Below, piece after piece: positions 1-13,793 of a stretch of 64,000 nucleotides of DNA; within the stretch, counting starts at the first letter, position 1; every line of letters begins with the position of its first letter. The position numbers and the translations under genes were made by a program. Location of the stretch: NCBI GenBank assembly GCA_047285805.1, contig JBJBCN010000003.1, positions 832,001-896,000 on the forward strand, in the 5' to 3' direction. This DNA is from Synechococcus sp. (GTDB lineage Bacteria; Cyanobacteriota; Cyanobacteriia; PCC-6307; Cyanobiaceae). The notes under the pieces were generated by a model, which searched no databases, had not been told where the DNA came from, and saw nothing but the letters and a program-made list of their open reading frames with translations.

Positions 1-21
1 TAAAGAGGCTTTTGCAGTTCT

Positions 22-747
22 TCAGATGAGGCCGCTCCAGTGGGGTGACCAGAGGGCTGCGGCAAGAAACAGTCCATCCACAGCAAGGGTTGTCGCCATG
101 GCGGAAGCGGCGACTCTCCAGGCCCCGTCGGGGTGGTGCCAGTAGCGCCAGCAGAGGTTCACGAGGACGGCCCCCGCCAGGAGAGTGACGCCGAGGGGAA
201 GGGGCTCGAGTACTCCGAGGGCGGCTTGCTGCAGCAGGAGCGTGGCTTGATCAATCGGTGCGTTGAGCACCTCTGTCCAATGGCGCATCACACCCGTGAT
301 CGCCATCACCCCATCGGTGGCGGCGGTGCCGACCAGGGACGCTAAGTAGAAACTGGCGGCCAGGCGCCAGCGGGTGCGTAGCCCACCCAGCGCCAACGGA
401 AGGGCAAAAGCCTCAATCGGCAGATGCCAGAGGGGGTGCAGGCGGCACCAACCCCAGAAGAGACAGCCGCCTAGCCAGCTGCCGCTGAAGCCCACCAGCA
501 AGGTGCCGGTCATGCTCCAGCGCTGCTTGTGGTGCTCGGCGAGGGCAATGCCGAGGAACAGGAGGGGGGCGGTGAACAGGGCCGCACTAAAGGGGGCCAG
601 ACGTACCCAGGGAGCTTGCAGAAAGACCGGAAGCGCAACAAGCAGGCATCCCGAGAGCCACAGACCCCACCCCTTGGACTCGGAGGCGCGGCTCTGCGGT
701 GCTGGGGTCAGCGTCCGGGTGGTGAGGCTGGGCTGCGCCCCGAGCAC
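22..747 (-). CDS. DUF3120-family cyanobacterial membrane protein
   Basis: Hydrophobic 241 aa ORF; PVFLQAPWVR, WHLPIEAFALP and FYLASLVGTAATD segments recalled for DUF3120. Confidence 0.75.
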   Translation of the reverse strand: MLGAQPSLTTRTLTPAPQSRASESKGWGLWLSGCLLVALPVFLQAPWVRLAPFSAALFTAPLLFLGIALAEHHKQRWSMTGTLLVGFSGSWLGGCLFWGWCRLHPLWHLPIEAFALPLALGGLRTRWRLAASFYLASLVGTAATDGVMAITGVMRHWTEVLNAPIDQATLLLQQAALGVLEPLPLGVTLLAGAVLVNLCWRYWHHPDGAWRVAASAMATTLAVDGLFLAAALWSPHWSGLI

Positions 748-844
748 AACGCCTGTAACGAAAGGTATCCAACCTTAAGGGGTGTGCGGCTTCTCAATCC
801 CCGCACCAGCGCATAAGGTCTGTCCTGATCGATGTTGCCCCGCC

Positions 845-1708
845 GTGACCACCCTTCCCCCCCCTGAGTCGCTGGGGGGTTTGGAAGCCTGCTGGCGCTT
901 CTGCGTGTTGGGGGTGGTTCAGGGTCTCACCGAGTTCCTGCCTATCAGCAGCACGGCGCACCTCAAGGTGGTCCCGGTCTTGTTGGGCTGGGGTGATCCC
1001 GGTGTGGCGGTCACTGCGGTGATCCAGCTGGGCAGCATTGCCGCGGTCATTGCATTTTTCCGCGACGACCTCATGCAGGTCATCGCTGCGTTTTGGCAGG
1101 CTTTGCGCAGCGGCCAGTGGACGACCCCTGAAGCGCGTCTGGGTCAGGCAATCCTTTGGGGCACCCTGCCGATCCTGGTGGCGGGTTTGGGCATCAAGCT
1201 GTTTGTGCCCAACTTTGATGAATCTCCCCTGCGCAGCCTGACTTCGATCGGGATGGTCTCCATCGTGATGGGCCTCCTGCTCGGGCTGGCCGAGCGCTGG
1301 GGCCGCCGGCGCCGGGTGTTGTCGGATGTCGTTGTGCGGGACGGGTGGCTGGTGGGTGTGGCTCAAACACTGGCCTTGATCCCCGGAGTCTCCCGATCGG
1401 GCAGCACCCTGACGGCTGCCCTCTTCGATGGCTGGAAACGCTCGGAGGCAGCTCGCTTTTCGTTTCTTTTAGGGATCCCCGCCATCAGTCTGGCCGGCCT
1501 GGTGGAGCTGAAGGACGCGTTTTCAGCCCCAGTTGCCGGTGGCCCATGGCCTTTGTTTGTGGGGATTGTCTCGTCGGCCGTGGTTTCGTGGCTGGCGATT
1601 GCATGGCTGCTGCGCTTTTTGCAGAACCACAGCGCCTGGTGGTTTGTGGGGTACCGGGTCTTTTTTGGCTTGGGCGTGATTCTCTGGGCGGCCCGCAGCG
1701 TCGCTTGA
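845..1708 (+). CDS. uppP: Undecaprenyl-diphosphate phosphatase
   Basis: QGLTEFLPISSTAHL and ALIPGVSRSG motifs; GTG start at 845 chosen (ORF open from 782). Confidence 0.95.
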   Translation: MTTLPPPESLGGLEACWRFCVLGVVQGLTEFLPISSTAHLKVVPVLLGWGDPGVAVTAVIQLGSIAAVIAFFRDDLMQVIAAFWQALRSGQWTTPEARLGQAILWGTLPILVAGLGIKLFVPNFDESPLRSLTSIGMVSIVMGLLLGLAERWGRRRRVLSDVVVRDGWLVGVAQTLALIPGVSRSGSTLTAALFDGWKRSEAARFSFLLGIPAISLAGLVELKDAFSAPVAGGPWPLFVGIVSSAVVSWLAIAWLLRFLQNHSAWWFVGYRVFFGLGVILWAARSVA

Positions 1709-1752
1709 TCCGTCTGCGACGCAAACTGAAGACAGTGAAGCCTTAGCGGTCG

Positions 1753-3144
1753 GTGTGGAATGAGCCTTCGGCTGGGGTCGTCCTGGCCGAAACAGAAGGA
1801 GAGGTCAGGCTGCCTGCACCGGCCGTCGTTGATCGGGTGGAAGCCGACTCGATCGGGGATGAGTTGGGCATTCAGCCGGGGGATCGCCTGCTGAGCGTCA
1901 ATGGGGTGCGCCCTAGGGATCTGATCGACCTTCAGTTCCTGGTAGGGGAGGAGGACCTTTGCCTGGAGGTCCAGGACCCCGATGGCACGGTGCATCGGGT
2001 GGAGCTGGAAAAAGATGCCAATGAAGGCCTGGGTCTGGCCTTCACCGAAGCGCTCTTCGACGGCCTGAAGCAGTGCAACAACCATTGCCCGTTCTGCTTT
2101 ATCGATCAGCAGCCCCCGGGGCACCGCCGCAGCCTGTACGTCAAAGATGACGACTACCGGCTGAGCTTTCTCTATGGCTCGTATCTCACCCTTACCAACC
2201 TGTCGGCAGCGGACTGGGAGCGCATCGAGCAGCAGCGCCTCTCTCCCCTGTTTGTCTCGGTCCATGCCACCAACCCGGAGCTGCGCTCCCGGTTATTGGT
2301 GAATCCCCGGGCGGCTTTGCTGCTGGAACAGTTGGCCTGGTTCCAGGAGCGTCAGTTGCAGATCCATGCCCAGGTTGTGGTTTGCCCTGGCCTGAATGAC
2401 GGTGAGGCCCTGGAGCAGACCTTGAAGGATCTCTCGGGGTTTGCAGACGGGGACTGGCCCGCGGTGCTCTCCACCGCGGTGGTTCCGGTGGGCTTGACCC
2501 GCTATCGCCCCGAAGGAGATGACTTGGTGCCTGTGGACCGGGCCTGCGCCAAGCGGGTGATTGCCCAGGTGGAGCCCTTACAGGAGGGCTTCCGTGCGCA
2601 GTTCGGTAGCCGTTTCGCTTGGCTCTCAGATGAGTGGTATTTGATGGCCGGCTATCCCCTGCCGGATCGGGCGGAGTACGAGGACCTGCCCCAGGAGGGC
2701 AACGGCGTGGGAAGTATCCGCTCCTTCCTGGAGGCCATGGATGAGGCCACCTCTGACCTTCCTTCTGCGCTGGCTACGCCTCGGCGGGTGAGTTGGGTCG
2801 TCGGGCTGTTGGTGGCGGAGGCCCTGAGGCCAGCGGTGGATCGCCTGAACCAGGTGGAGGGCTTGGAGGTGCTAGTCCATGGCTTGCCAAGTCCCTATTG
2901 GGGGCAAGACCAGGTGGTGACTGGGCTACTGACGGGCTCAGACCTGCTCGAGGGCTTGGCGGGCGCCGACTTGGGGGATGAATTACTGCTGCCCGCCGTG
3001 ATGTTGCGCCAGGGGGAGCCGGTCTTCTTGGACGACCAACCCTTCGAAGCGGTTGCAGTGCAACTGAATGCTCCGGTGCGCCTAGTTCATGGGGCGGACG
3101 ACATCGTGGCTGCGTGCCTGGGCGAATCAACAGCAGTTCATTAA
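1753..3144 (+). CDS. TIGR03279-family radical SAM protein (PDZ + DUF512)
   Basis: N-terminal PDZ-like segment, CNNHCPFC motif, LYVKDDDYRLSFLYGSYLTLTN. Confidence 0.9.
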   Translation: MWNEPSAGVVLAETEGEVRLPAPAVVDRVEADSIGDELGIQPGDRLLSVNGVRPRDLIDLQFLVGEEDLCLEVQDPDGTVHRVELEKDANEGLGLAFTEALFDGLKQCNNHCPFCFIDQQPPGHRRSLYVKDDDYRLSFLYGSYLTLTNLSAADWERIEQQRLSPLFVSVHATNPELRSRLLVNPRAALLLEQLAWFQERQLQIHAQVVVCPGLNDGEALEQTLKDLSGFADGDWPAVLSTAVVPVGLTRYRPEGDDLVPVDRACAKRVIAQVEPLQEGFRAQFGSRFAWLSDEWYLMAGYPLPDRAEYEDLPQEGNGVGSIRSFLEAMDEATSDLPSALATPRRVSWVVGLLVAEALRPAVDRLNQVEGLEVLVHGLPSPYWGQDQVVTGLLTGSDLLEGLAGADLGDELLLPAVMLRQGEPVFLDDQPFEAVAVQLNAPVRLVHGADDIVAACLGESTAVH

Positions 3145-3176
3145 GGTTTGGGCAACATTTATGTCTTGAGAGCTCG

Positions 3177-4880
3177 GTGGTTCGCCTCGTTCAAGCAGTC
3201 GTTGCGGCCACCGGTGTTGCGCTGTCTGGTTCTCCGGCTGCTGTCGTTGCCGCTGAACCTCAAGCTGCGCCCAAACCCAAGCTCGAGCAGATTGATCCAC
3301 CGCCGGTTTCGCTGCCGTCGGCCTTCAGCACCAAGGGCCAACGCCCCAAGTCCAATCCCAAGGTGTTGCCTCCGGCCGCCACGAAGTTGGACCCTGCCCT
3401 TCAGCGCCTGGCGGCTCCGGCGACCTTGGCCCTGCCGGACAAGACCGATCAGATCAAGATCGTCGAATTCCGTCCGCTCTCTTTGCTGGACGTCGAGAAC
3501 CTCGCCGAAGTCAACAACCCCAACCTCAAGGCAGTTGCTAGCCGGGTGGATCAGGCCCAGAGCAACCTGAGGGCGACGATTGCGGCTTGGTACCCAAGCT
3601 TTGACTTCACGACGGGCAATCAGTTCCCGTCTTGGACCTACGGCCGTCAGTACAACTACATCGAAGGAGCCATTGGTTCTTCCACGGAGGGTGGTGACAC
3701 TCAGACCAACCGTTGGGCCGCAACCGCCAACCTCGCTTTCAATTGGGATCTGATCAATCCCCAGCGGGTCCCACAAGTCAGTGCGGCCCGTGATGCTTTC
3801 GAGCAGGCCAAGAACACTTATCTGATTGCGCTCCGTGACCTGCGCCTGCAGGCGTCGCAAGCCTATTTCGCGCTCCAGCTCAGCGATGACAACGTGCGCG
3901 TTGGTCAGACCTCCGTGCAGGCCTCGTTGGTCAGCCTTCGGGATGCCCGCGCCCGCTACCAGGCCGGTGTGGCCACCAAGCTTGAAGTCCTTGAGGCGGA
4001 GACCCAGCTCGCCCGTGACCAAAGCATCCTGACTGAGGCCCTCGCAGAGCAGGCGAATGCAAGGCGGGATCTGGCTCGACTGCTGGATCTTCCGCAGAAC
4101 ATCACACCGACAGCCAAGCAGCCCTTGCGCCCCCTCGGCGTTTGGCTGCCTTCGCTTGAGGAGAGCATCTTGGGGGCCTATGCCTTCCGCGAAGAGCTGG
4201 ACAACGCGCTGCTGGATATCTCGGTCTCCAACAGCAACGCCAATGCGTCCCTGGGTGCGGTTCAGCCGTTCTTGAGCATCATCAACAACTTTGTGACGGG
4301 CCGTACCTTCGGTTATGCGGGCCTCAATCCAGATCGTGGCTTGGATGGCGGTCAAACCTGGGCGACGGACAACACGGTCGGGTTGAACCTGCGCTGGTCG
4401 CTCTTTGATGGAGGCCGGGCTCGGGCGCAGTACCGCCAGTCCAAGCAGCAGGCCCAAGAGAACGCCTTCCGCTTTGCCGACACCCGTGACCAGGTGCGCT
4501 TCCAGGTCGAGCAGAGCTTCAACAACCTGCGGGCCGATACCCGCACGATTCAGACGACATCTCGGGAGGTGCTCTCAGCACGTGAATCGCTTCGCCTGGC
4601 CCGCCTGCGCTTCCAGGCCGGTGTGACCACCCAGCGAGAAGTCGTGGACAACCAGCGGGACTTGACGCAGGCCCAGCTCCGCTATGCCCGAGCCCTCGCC
4701 GACTACAACAATGGCCTGTCGGAGTTGCGCCGTCGCACCGGTCTCGATCAGATCGCGGTCTGCCAGCCCCTGAAGATGGGCGCCATCAAGCCCCTGGAGG
4801 ACGACAACTACAACGTGCCCGTTCCCCCGGAGCCCCTCCCTCCGGCCTGCAGTGCGCCCTATCCGTCGGCCAGGAGCTAG
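3177..4880 (+). CDS. TolC-family outer membrane efflux protein
   Basis: Signal-like N-terminus; two OEP repeats (ARARYQAGVATKLEVLEA and ARLRFQAGVTTQREV). Confidence 0.9.
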   Translation: MVRLVQAVVAATGVALSGSPAAVVAAEPQAAPKPKLEQIDPPPVSLPSAFSTKGQRPKSNPKVLPPAATKLDPALQRLAAPATLALPDKTDQIKIVEFRPLSLLDVENLAEVNNPNLKAVASRVDQAQSNLRATIAAWYPSFDFTTGNQFPSWTYGRQYNYIEGAIGSSTEGGDTQTNRWAATANLAFNWDLINPQRVPQVSAARDAFEQAKNTYLIALRDLRLQASQAYFALQLSDDNVRVGQTSVQASLVSLRDARARYQAGVATKLEVLEAETQLARDQSILTEALAEQANARRDLARLLDLPQNITPTAKQPLRPLGVWLPSLEESILGAYAFREELDNALLDISVSNSNANASLGAVQPFLSIINNFVTGRTFGYAGLNPDRGLDGGQTWATDNTVGLNLRWSLFDGGRARAQYRQSKQQAQENAFRFADTRDQVRFQVEQSFNNLRADTRTIQTTSREVLSARESLRLARLRFQAGVTTQREVVDNQRDLTQAQLRYARALADYNNGLSELRRRTGLDQIAVCQPLKMGAIKPLEDDNYNVPVPPEPLPPACSAPYPSARS

Positions 4881-4918
4881 GCCTCTATTCCGACTAACGT
4901 CAGTGACCAGCTGAGCGA

Positions 4919-6301
4919 CTGCAGCTGTCTCTTCCTCTTCCTCGTCTGATTCGTCTGGGGTTGTTCCAGGGGTGCCTGGGCTGTCTGGCGGTGATCTTTG
5001 TCGGGATGCTGAACCGGGTGATGCTCACGGAGTTGGGCTTCCCGGGTTTGTTCGTTGGTGGGGCCCTGGCCCTGGAACAGGTTGTGGCCCCGGCCAGGAT
5101 CCTGTTCGGTCAGATGTCCGATAGCCGTCCCTGGCTGGGGCGGCACCGGACGCCTTACATCTGGCTGGGATCGGCCCTCTTTTGCAGCCTGGCGGTGATG
5201 CTGATTCCGCTGATCTTCCGTCTGCATGCGGCCTTTGGCTCCGGAGACGCCGGCGCAATCACGGGCGGCATTGCCGCCATTTGTGCGGTGGTGTCTTGCT
5301 ACGGCCTGGCGGTCTCATTGGCCACGACCCCCTATCTGGCGCTGGTGATTGACCTGACAAGCGAGGAGGAGCGCCCCCGTGCGGTGGGCCTGATCTGGTG
5401 CTTGCTCACCGTCGGCATCGTCGTGGGGGCGATTGCCACCAGCATTTGCCTCAAAGGCTTGGACGGGGTGAGTGATCCAGCCCTGCTGGAGCCAGCACTG
5501 TTCCAGTTCCTGGCTCGTGTGGCCGTTGTGGTGTTTGCGTTGACAGTCTTCGCGACCTGGGGCATCGAGCCTCATGCCAGCGAACGCGCCATTAGCCACT
5601 CGGAGGACCGGGAAGACGCGATCACCATTGGGGACGCCTGGCGCTTGATCACCTGCAGCCGTCAGGTGCTGGTTTTTTTCTGCTTCCTGCTGGCCTTCAC
5701 CCTGGCGGTGTTCCTGCAGGACCCGATCCTGGAGAGTTACGGCGCTGAGGTCTTTGCACTGCCGATTGCGGCGACGGCTTCGTTGAGTGCCGTTTGGGGG
5801 GTGGGAACCCTGCTAGGCCTACTGGTCGCGGGCCTCTGGCTGGTTCCCAAGCTTGGGAAGTTCACGGCGGCCCGCTTGGGCTGTCAGTTGATCCTGTTGT
5901 CCTTGCTGCTCTTGACGGTGGTGGGGGTGCTGGCTGATCCCAATGCATTGCGGATCGTGCTTTTTCTGTTTGGACTGGCGACAGGGATTGGAACCAATGC
6001 CACCTTGGTTTTGATGCTGGATCTCACCCTTCCTGCCGTCGCTGGCACCTTCGTTGGTGTTTGGGGGCTTGCCCAGGCCTACTCAAGGGCGTTGGGCAAG
6101 GTCATGGGGGGTGGATTGCTTGATGCCGCACGTTGGCTGCTGCCCGATGCGCCAGCCCATGCGGCCTACGGCCTGGTGTTGCTCTTTGAGGCGGCCATTG
6201 CAGTCCTGGCTCTGGTGCTCTTGAGCCGGGTCAACGTGAAGCAATTCCGGGCAGATACAGCCAGCAATCTCGATCGTGTTCTCGCCGCGGAGCTGGGGTG
6301 A
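4919..6301 (+). CDS. PucC/BCD-family MFS transporter
   Basis: RLGLFQ, LNRVM, GQMSD...HRTPYIW and QDPILESYG motifs; start uncertain (CTG 4919 vs TTG 4961). Confidence 0.85.
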   Translation: MQLSLPLPRLIRLGLFQGCLGCLAVIFVGMLNRVMLTELGFPGLFVGGALALEQVVAPARILFGQMSDSRPWLGRHRTPYIWLGSALFCSLAVMLIPLIFRLHAAFGSGDAGAITGGIAAICAVVSCYGLAVSLATTPYLALVIDLTSEEERPRAVGLIWCLLTVGIVVGAIATSICLKGLDGVSDPALLEPALFQFLARVAVVVFALTVFATWGIEPHASERAISHSEDREDAITIGDAWRLITCSRQVLVFFCFLLAFTLAVFLQDPILESYGAEVFALPIAATASLSAVWGVGTLLGLLVAGLWLVPKLGKFTAARLGCQLILLSLLLLTVVGVLADPNALRIVLFLFGLATGIGTNATLVLMLDLTLPAVAGTFVGVWGLAQAYSRALGKVMGGGLLDAARWLLPDAPAHAAYGLVLLFEAAIAVLALVLLSRVNVKQFRADTASNLDRVLAAELG

Positions 6302-7107
6302 CGATGCTTTCTCTTGCAATGCCCGAAGGGTTGGAGCGGCTCGGTGCGCTGCTGGATGAGGTGGCCGAGCGGCAACGCCAGGACTTTGGCCAGCTCGACT
6401 CCGAGGCGAAGGCTGACGGCAGTTTGATTACCGCCTGCGACCGCTGGAGCGACGCCACCTTGGTCAAGGGCCTGGCTGAGCTCTACCCCGGGGAAGGGGT
6501 TCTCAGTGAAGAAGGCAGCCAGAGGGTTCCAACCTCTGAGGCCTATTGGGTGGTGGATCCCCTGGATGGGACGACGAACTTCGCGGCGGGGATTCCCTAT
6601 TGGGCGATTTCCCTGGCTCGCTTTGAGAATGGTGTGCCTGTGCTGGCTGTTTTAGACGTCCCGCCGTTGCGTCAACGGATCGTGGCGATTAAAGGAGGCG
6701 GGGCCTGGCGTAAGGACAAAAAATTGGGAGCTCCGTCGGCCCGGAACCAAGTGGCGGGCTGTGCGTCCCTCTGCAGCCGCTCGATCGGGGTGCTGCAGAA
6801 GCTTCCGAATCAGCGCTTTCCCGGCAAGATTCGTCTGCTGGGGGTAGCCAGCTTGAACCTGGTGAGCGTGGGGATGGGCCAGACCATCTCCGCCTTGGAG
6901 GCCACACCGAAGATTTGGGACCTCGCGGCGGCCTGGCTGGTGCTTCAGGAACTGAACTGTCCGATGGATTGGTTGGCGCGAGATCCGGGGCATTTGGAGC
7001 CGGGTGAGGACCTGAGCGAGGCCAACTTCCCTGTGCTGGCGGCTCGAAACGAGCAGACCCTGGCGCGCTTCAAGCCCTGGGCGGACGCCTTGGTGGGCCG
7101 TTCTTGA
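6298..7107 (+). CDS. Inositol monophosphatase family protein (SuhB-like)
   Basis: SEE, WVVDPLDGTTNF and WDLAA motifs. Confidence 0.9.
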   Translation: MTMLSLAMPEGLERLGALLDEVAERQRQDFGQLDSEAKADGSLITACDRWSDATLVKGLAELYPGEGVLSEEGSQRVPTSEAYWVVDPLDGTTNFAAGIPYWAISLARFENGVPVLAVLDVPPLRQRIVAIKGGGAWRKDKKLGAPSARNQVAGCASLCSRSIGVLQKLPNQRFPGKIRLLGVASLNLVSVGMGQTISALEATPKIWDLAAAWLVLQELNCPMDWLARDPGHLEPGEDLSEANFPVLAARNEQTLARFKPWADALVGRS

Positions 7108-7134
7108 CCAGTGAGGGGTAGATGGTGTTATGGT
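7104..7134 (+). promoter_or_regulatory. Candidate rrn promoter
   Basis: TTGACC (7104-7109) and extended -10 TGnTATGGT (7126-7134); the spacer is 19 nt, longer than ideal. Confidence 0.5.
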
Positions 7135-7168
7135 TATGTGCTGCGAGCAAACCGCGAGGTGAGTGAGC

Positions 7169-7290
7169 AGCGAACTGGAAGCCGAGGAAACTTGGTGGTG
7201 TAGGTTCGATCGGCGGCAGCGATGCCGCTAGTGAACTGAAAGCCGAGGGAACTCGGTGATGTAAGTTCAACAAGCGGTCGCGAGGCCGCG
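7169..7290 (+). repeat. Two imperfect 61-nt tandem repeats in the rrn leader, each forming two GNRA-capped hairpins
   Basis: AGCGAACTGGAAGCCGAGGAAACTTGGTGGTGTAGGTTCG... vs AGTGAACTGAAAGCCGAGGGAACTCGGTGATGTAAGTTCA... Confidence 0.85.
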
Positions 7291-7346
7291 GACCGAGAGC
7301 CCGAAAGACCTGAGAGGGTCGAGCTGAGAAGCGTGTGGCGATCGGA

Positions 7347-7376
7347 GCACCTGGACAACTGAACGTTTAGGAACTG
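7347..7376 (+). promoter_or_regulatory. Leader boxA-like element / 5' arm of 16S processing stem
   Basis: GCACCTGGACAACTG resembles the ITS boxA; the segment is complementary to ~9333-9355 (AGTTCCTAAACGTTGTCTAGGT). Confidence 0.65.
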
Positions 7377-7720
7377 ACGCTTTCACTGCGTTAGTCACCG
7401 CCAGAGCCGAGAGGTGAAGGTTTTGTGGTTAACGAAGATGCAGTGAGGGTGTGAGGTCCCGTCAAAAGTTTTTTAGTTGTGGAAGCTTGTTGCTTGCATG
7501 ATTGTCGACTCTCACGGTTGATGGTTGTGTCGGTGTGCAGCGAGTGGAGCAACGACCGGATCTGAGATCCTGGAAAGTCTGAACGAAAGAGATTTTGTTT
7601 TGCACTCTTTGAACGCTTCTGTCAGAGGAAGTGGCATCAACTGCAACCGTGCGCCAGTGCGAGTTGTGGGTGAAGCAAATCAGATTGAGATTGCGTAAGC
7701 AGTCAATAGGATTTGATCTA

Positions 7721-9203
<1,483 letters not shown>

Positions 9204-9378
9204 ACAGGGAGACAAACAACGATTTTGATGCTTGAGTACTTTTATTCTTAGGCCGAAATCCTGTCACCTTAGGTCGATCGGTACCTCAACTTCAGTAGTC
9301 AGAGAGCTCGCTCTGCTGATTCATTGATTTTTAGTTCCTAAACGTTGTCTAGGTCACCCCATAGAGGGTTCACTTCCT

Positions 9379-9452
<74 letters not shown>

Positions 9453-9478
9453 TTCCAAAATCCAGTTTTGGATCATTT

Positions 9479-9551
9479 GGGGGTTTAGCTCAGTTGGTAG
9501 AGCGCCTGCTTTGCAAGCAGGATGTCAGCGGTTCGAGTCCGCTAACCTCCA
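9479..9551 (+). tRNA. tRNA-Ala(TGC)
   Basis: GGGGGTTTAGCTCAG..., CCTGCTTTGCAAGCAGG anticodon arm. Confidence 0.98.
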
Positions 9552-9726
9552 CTAACACATCTGAACTCCTAAGCCAGGAAGAGCTTCTTGGTTGGTGACT
9601 AGACGTTGTTCGCAGAGAATCCACTGGTTTTACCAGATGTATTCAGCCTCAGCTCATTGCTGATTCAAACTTGAGTCAAGATTGAGCTGATGCTGAGTTC
9701 ACTCCCGAAAGAGAGAGGATTTAGCA

Positions 9727-9745
9727 GAACCTTGACAACTGCATA
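9727..9745 (+). promoter_or_regulatory. ITS boxA / 5' arm of 23S processing stem
   Basis: GAACCTTGACAACTGCATA; near-complement TGTGCAGTTCTCAGGGTTC at 12937-12955. Confidence 0.75.
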
Positions 9746-9952
9746 GGTGAGTCTGGAAAGACAAAAGCATCTCATAGAGGCTAGTTCGAAAGAACTAGTG
9801 ATTCTATTTTTGAGAGCCGAGACCTTCTAGCGTTCTTCCCAATCCGCCGAGGAACGGGGAGTTTGATCCTTGTTTCTAACTCAAGCAGCAATGCTTTAAG
9901 AGAAACTCGAGAGAATGGGCCTCAACAGCCTGAAGCGTTAGGAGGATTAATT

Positions 9953-12827
<2,875 letters not shown>

Positions 12828-12974
12828 AATCTCATCTCTCAAAACACAACGACTTAACCGTCAACGTGGAGAGCTTTTGAATTCCAGAGCGACTAACTTG
12901 CGCTTGCGAAAGCAAGCAAGAGATCAGTTCGTAACCTGTGCAGTTCTCAGGGTTCACCTGAGAGCGAATACCTA

Positions 12975-13091
12975 TCCTGGTGTCCATGGCGCAGTGGAAC
13001 CACTCCGATCCATCTCGAACTCGGCTGTGAAACGCTGTAGCGCCGACGATATTTGGGGGGTAGCCCCCTGAGAAAATAGGTCGATGCCAGG
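12975..13091 (+). rRNA. rrf: 5S rRNA
   Basis: TCCTGGTG...GCCAGG terminal helix, CGAAC motif, position after 23S. Confidence 0.97.
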
Positions 13092-13164
13092 TAAAACATT
13101 CGCTCCATTAACTCAATCCATGCTGCTTTCCTCTGATGAGGTCAGCCATGGGTTGAGACGAGAT

Positions 13165-13190
13165 AGCCACCCCAAAAGGGTGGCTTTTTT
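13165..13190 (+). terminator. Intrinsic terminator of rrn operon
   Basis: AGCCACCC-CAAAA-GGGTGGCT followed by a T run. Confidence 0.9.
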
Positions 13191-13330
13191 GTTGCCTACA
13201 AATAGATAGGTGCGAATCAAGCCCGAGCGAGCCCCCCTGCCTGAAGACTTAGCTCGAGTGGTCCAGATGTTTTGGGATGTTGGGCGAGCAACGCAGCCAT
13301 AAGCCTCAACGTCAGCACGTCTGGCAAGAG

Positions 13331-13365
13331 AAAAGCCGCCGGAGCTCAATCCCCAGCGGCTTTTT
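13331..13365. terminator. Probable bidirectional terminator
   Basis: AAAAGCCGC...GCGGCTTTTT between the convergent rrn and mtn operons. Confidence 0.7.
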
Positions 13366-13397
13366 GACTTCATCAATCTAGTCAGACTGCCTCGCAA

Positions 13398-13793
13398 TCA
13401 GGAGCGGTGAACGTGCACTTGCTTCCAGTTGCCACACAGCTTCTGCCAGATCCGTGTTTCGCAGCAGCGTGCTGTTACCGGATCTCCGTTAACCAGCTTC
13501 TGTGTGAGCCGTGTATAGCTCACCACGACGGAATCGTCACTCAACCAACGCAGGTGCGGACGGGCCATGGTCACGTTGACCGCAGGAGCCGGTTGGCTGG
13601 AGTCTCCGGGAAGGTCGAAGTAGTAGCGATGGAAGGGAAGACCTTCCACGAGGTGCCCTTCGCTCTCAGCTTCAAAGCAGCTGAGGTCATCCGAGGAGAT
13701 CGCCGAGTAGGCATGCCAATCCCCGGAGGCCACGCTGGTGAGCATGGCCTGATTCAGTTTCAGGATCTCTAGATCGCGCTCGCTAAAAGCCAT
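13398..13793 (-). CDS. Stand-alone CaMKII association (hub) domain protein, NTF2-like fold
   Basis: GDWHAY, FEAESEGHLVEGLPFHRYYF, YTRLTQ, ETRIW and HVHRS match CaMKII hub motifs ([37 protein letters not shown], HFHRS). Confidence 0.9.
   Translation of the reverse strand: MAFSERDLEILKLNQAMLTSVASGDWHAYSAISSDDLSCFEAESEGHLVEGLPFHRYYFDLPGDSSQPAPAVNVTMARPHLRWLSDDSVVVSYTRLTQKLVNGDPVTARCCETRIWQKLCGNWKQVHVHRS

Noticed and set aside
13112..13160. CTGATGAG (hammerhead-like core) downstream of 5S
   Set aside because: The required GAAA after stem II is absent (GAGA), and the segment folds better as one hairpin (CTCAATCCATG/CATGGGTTGAG) before the terminator
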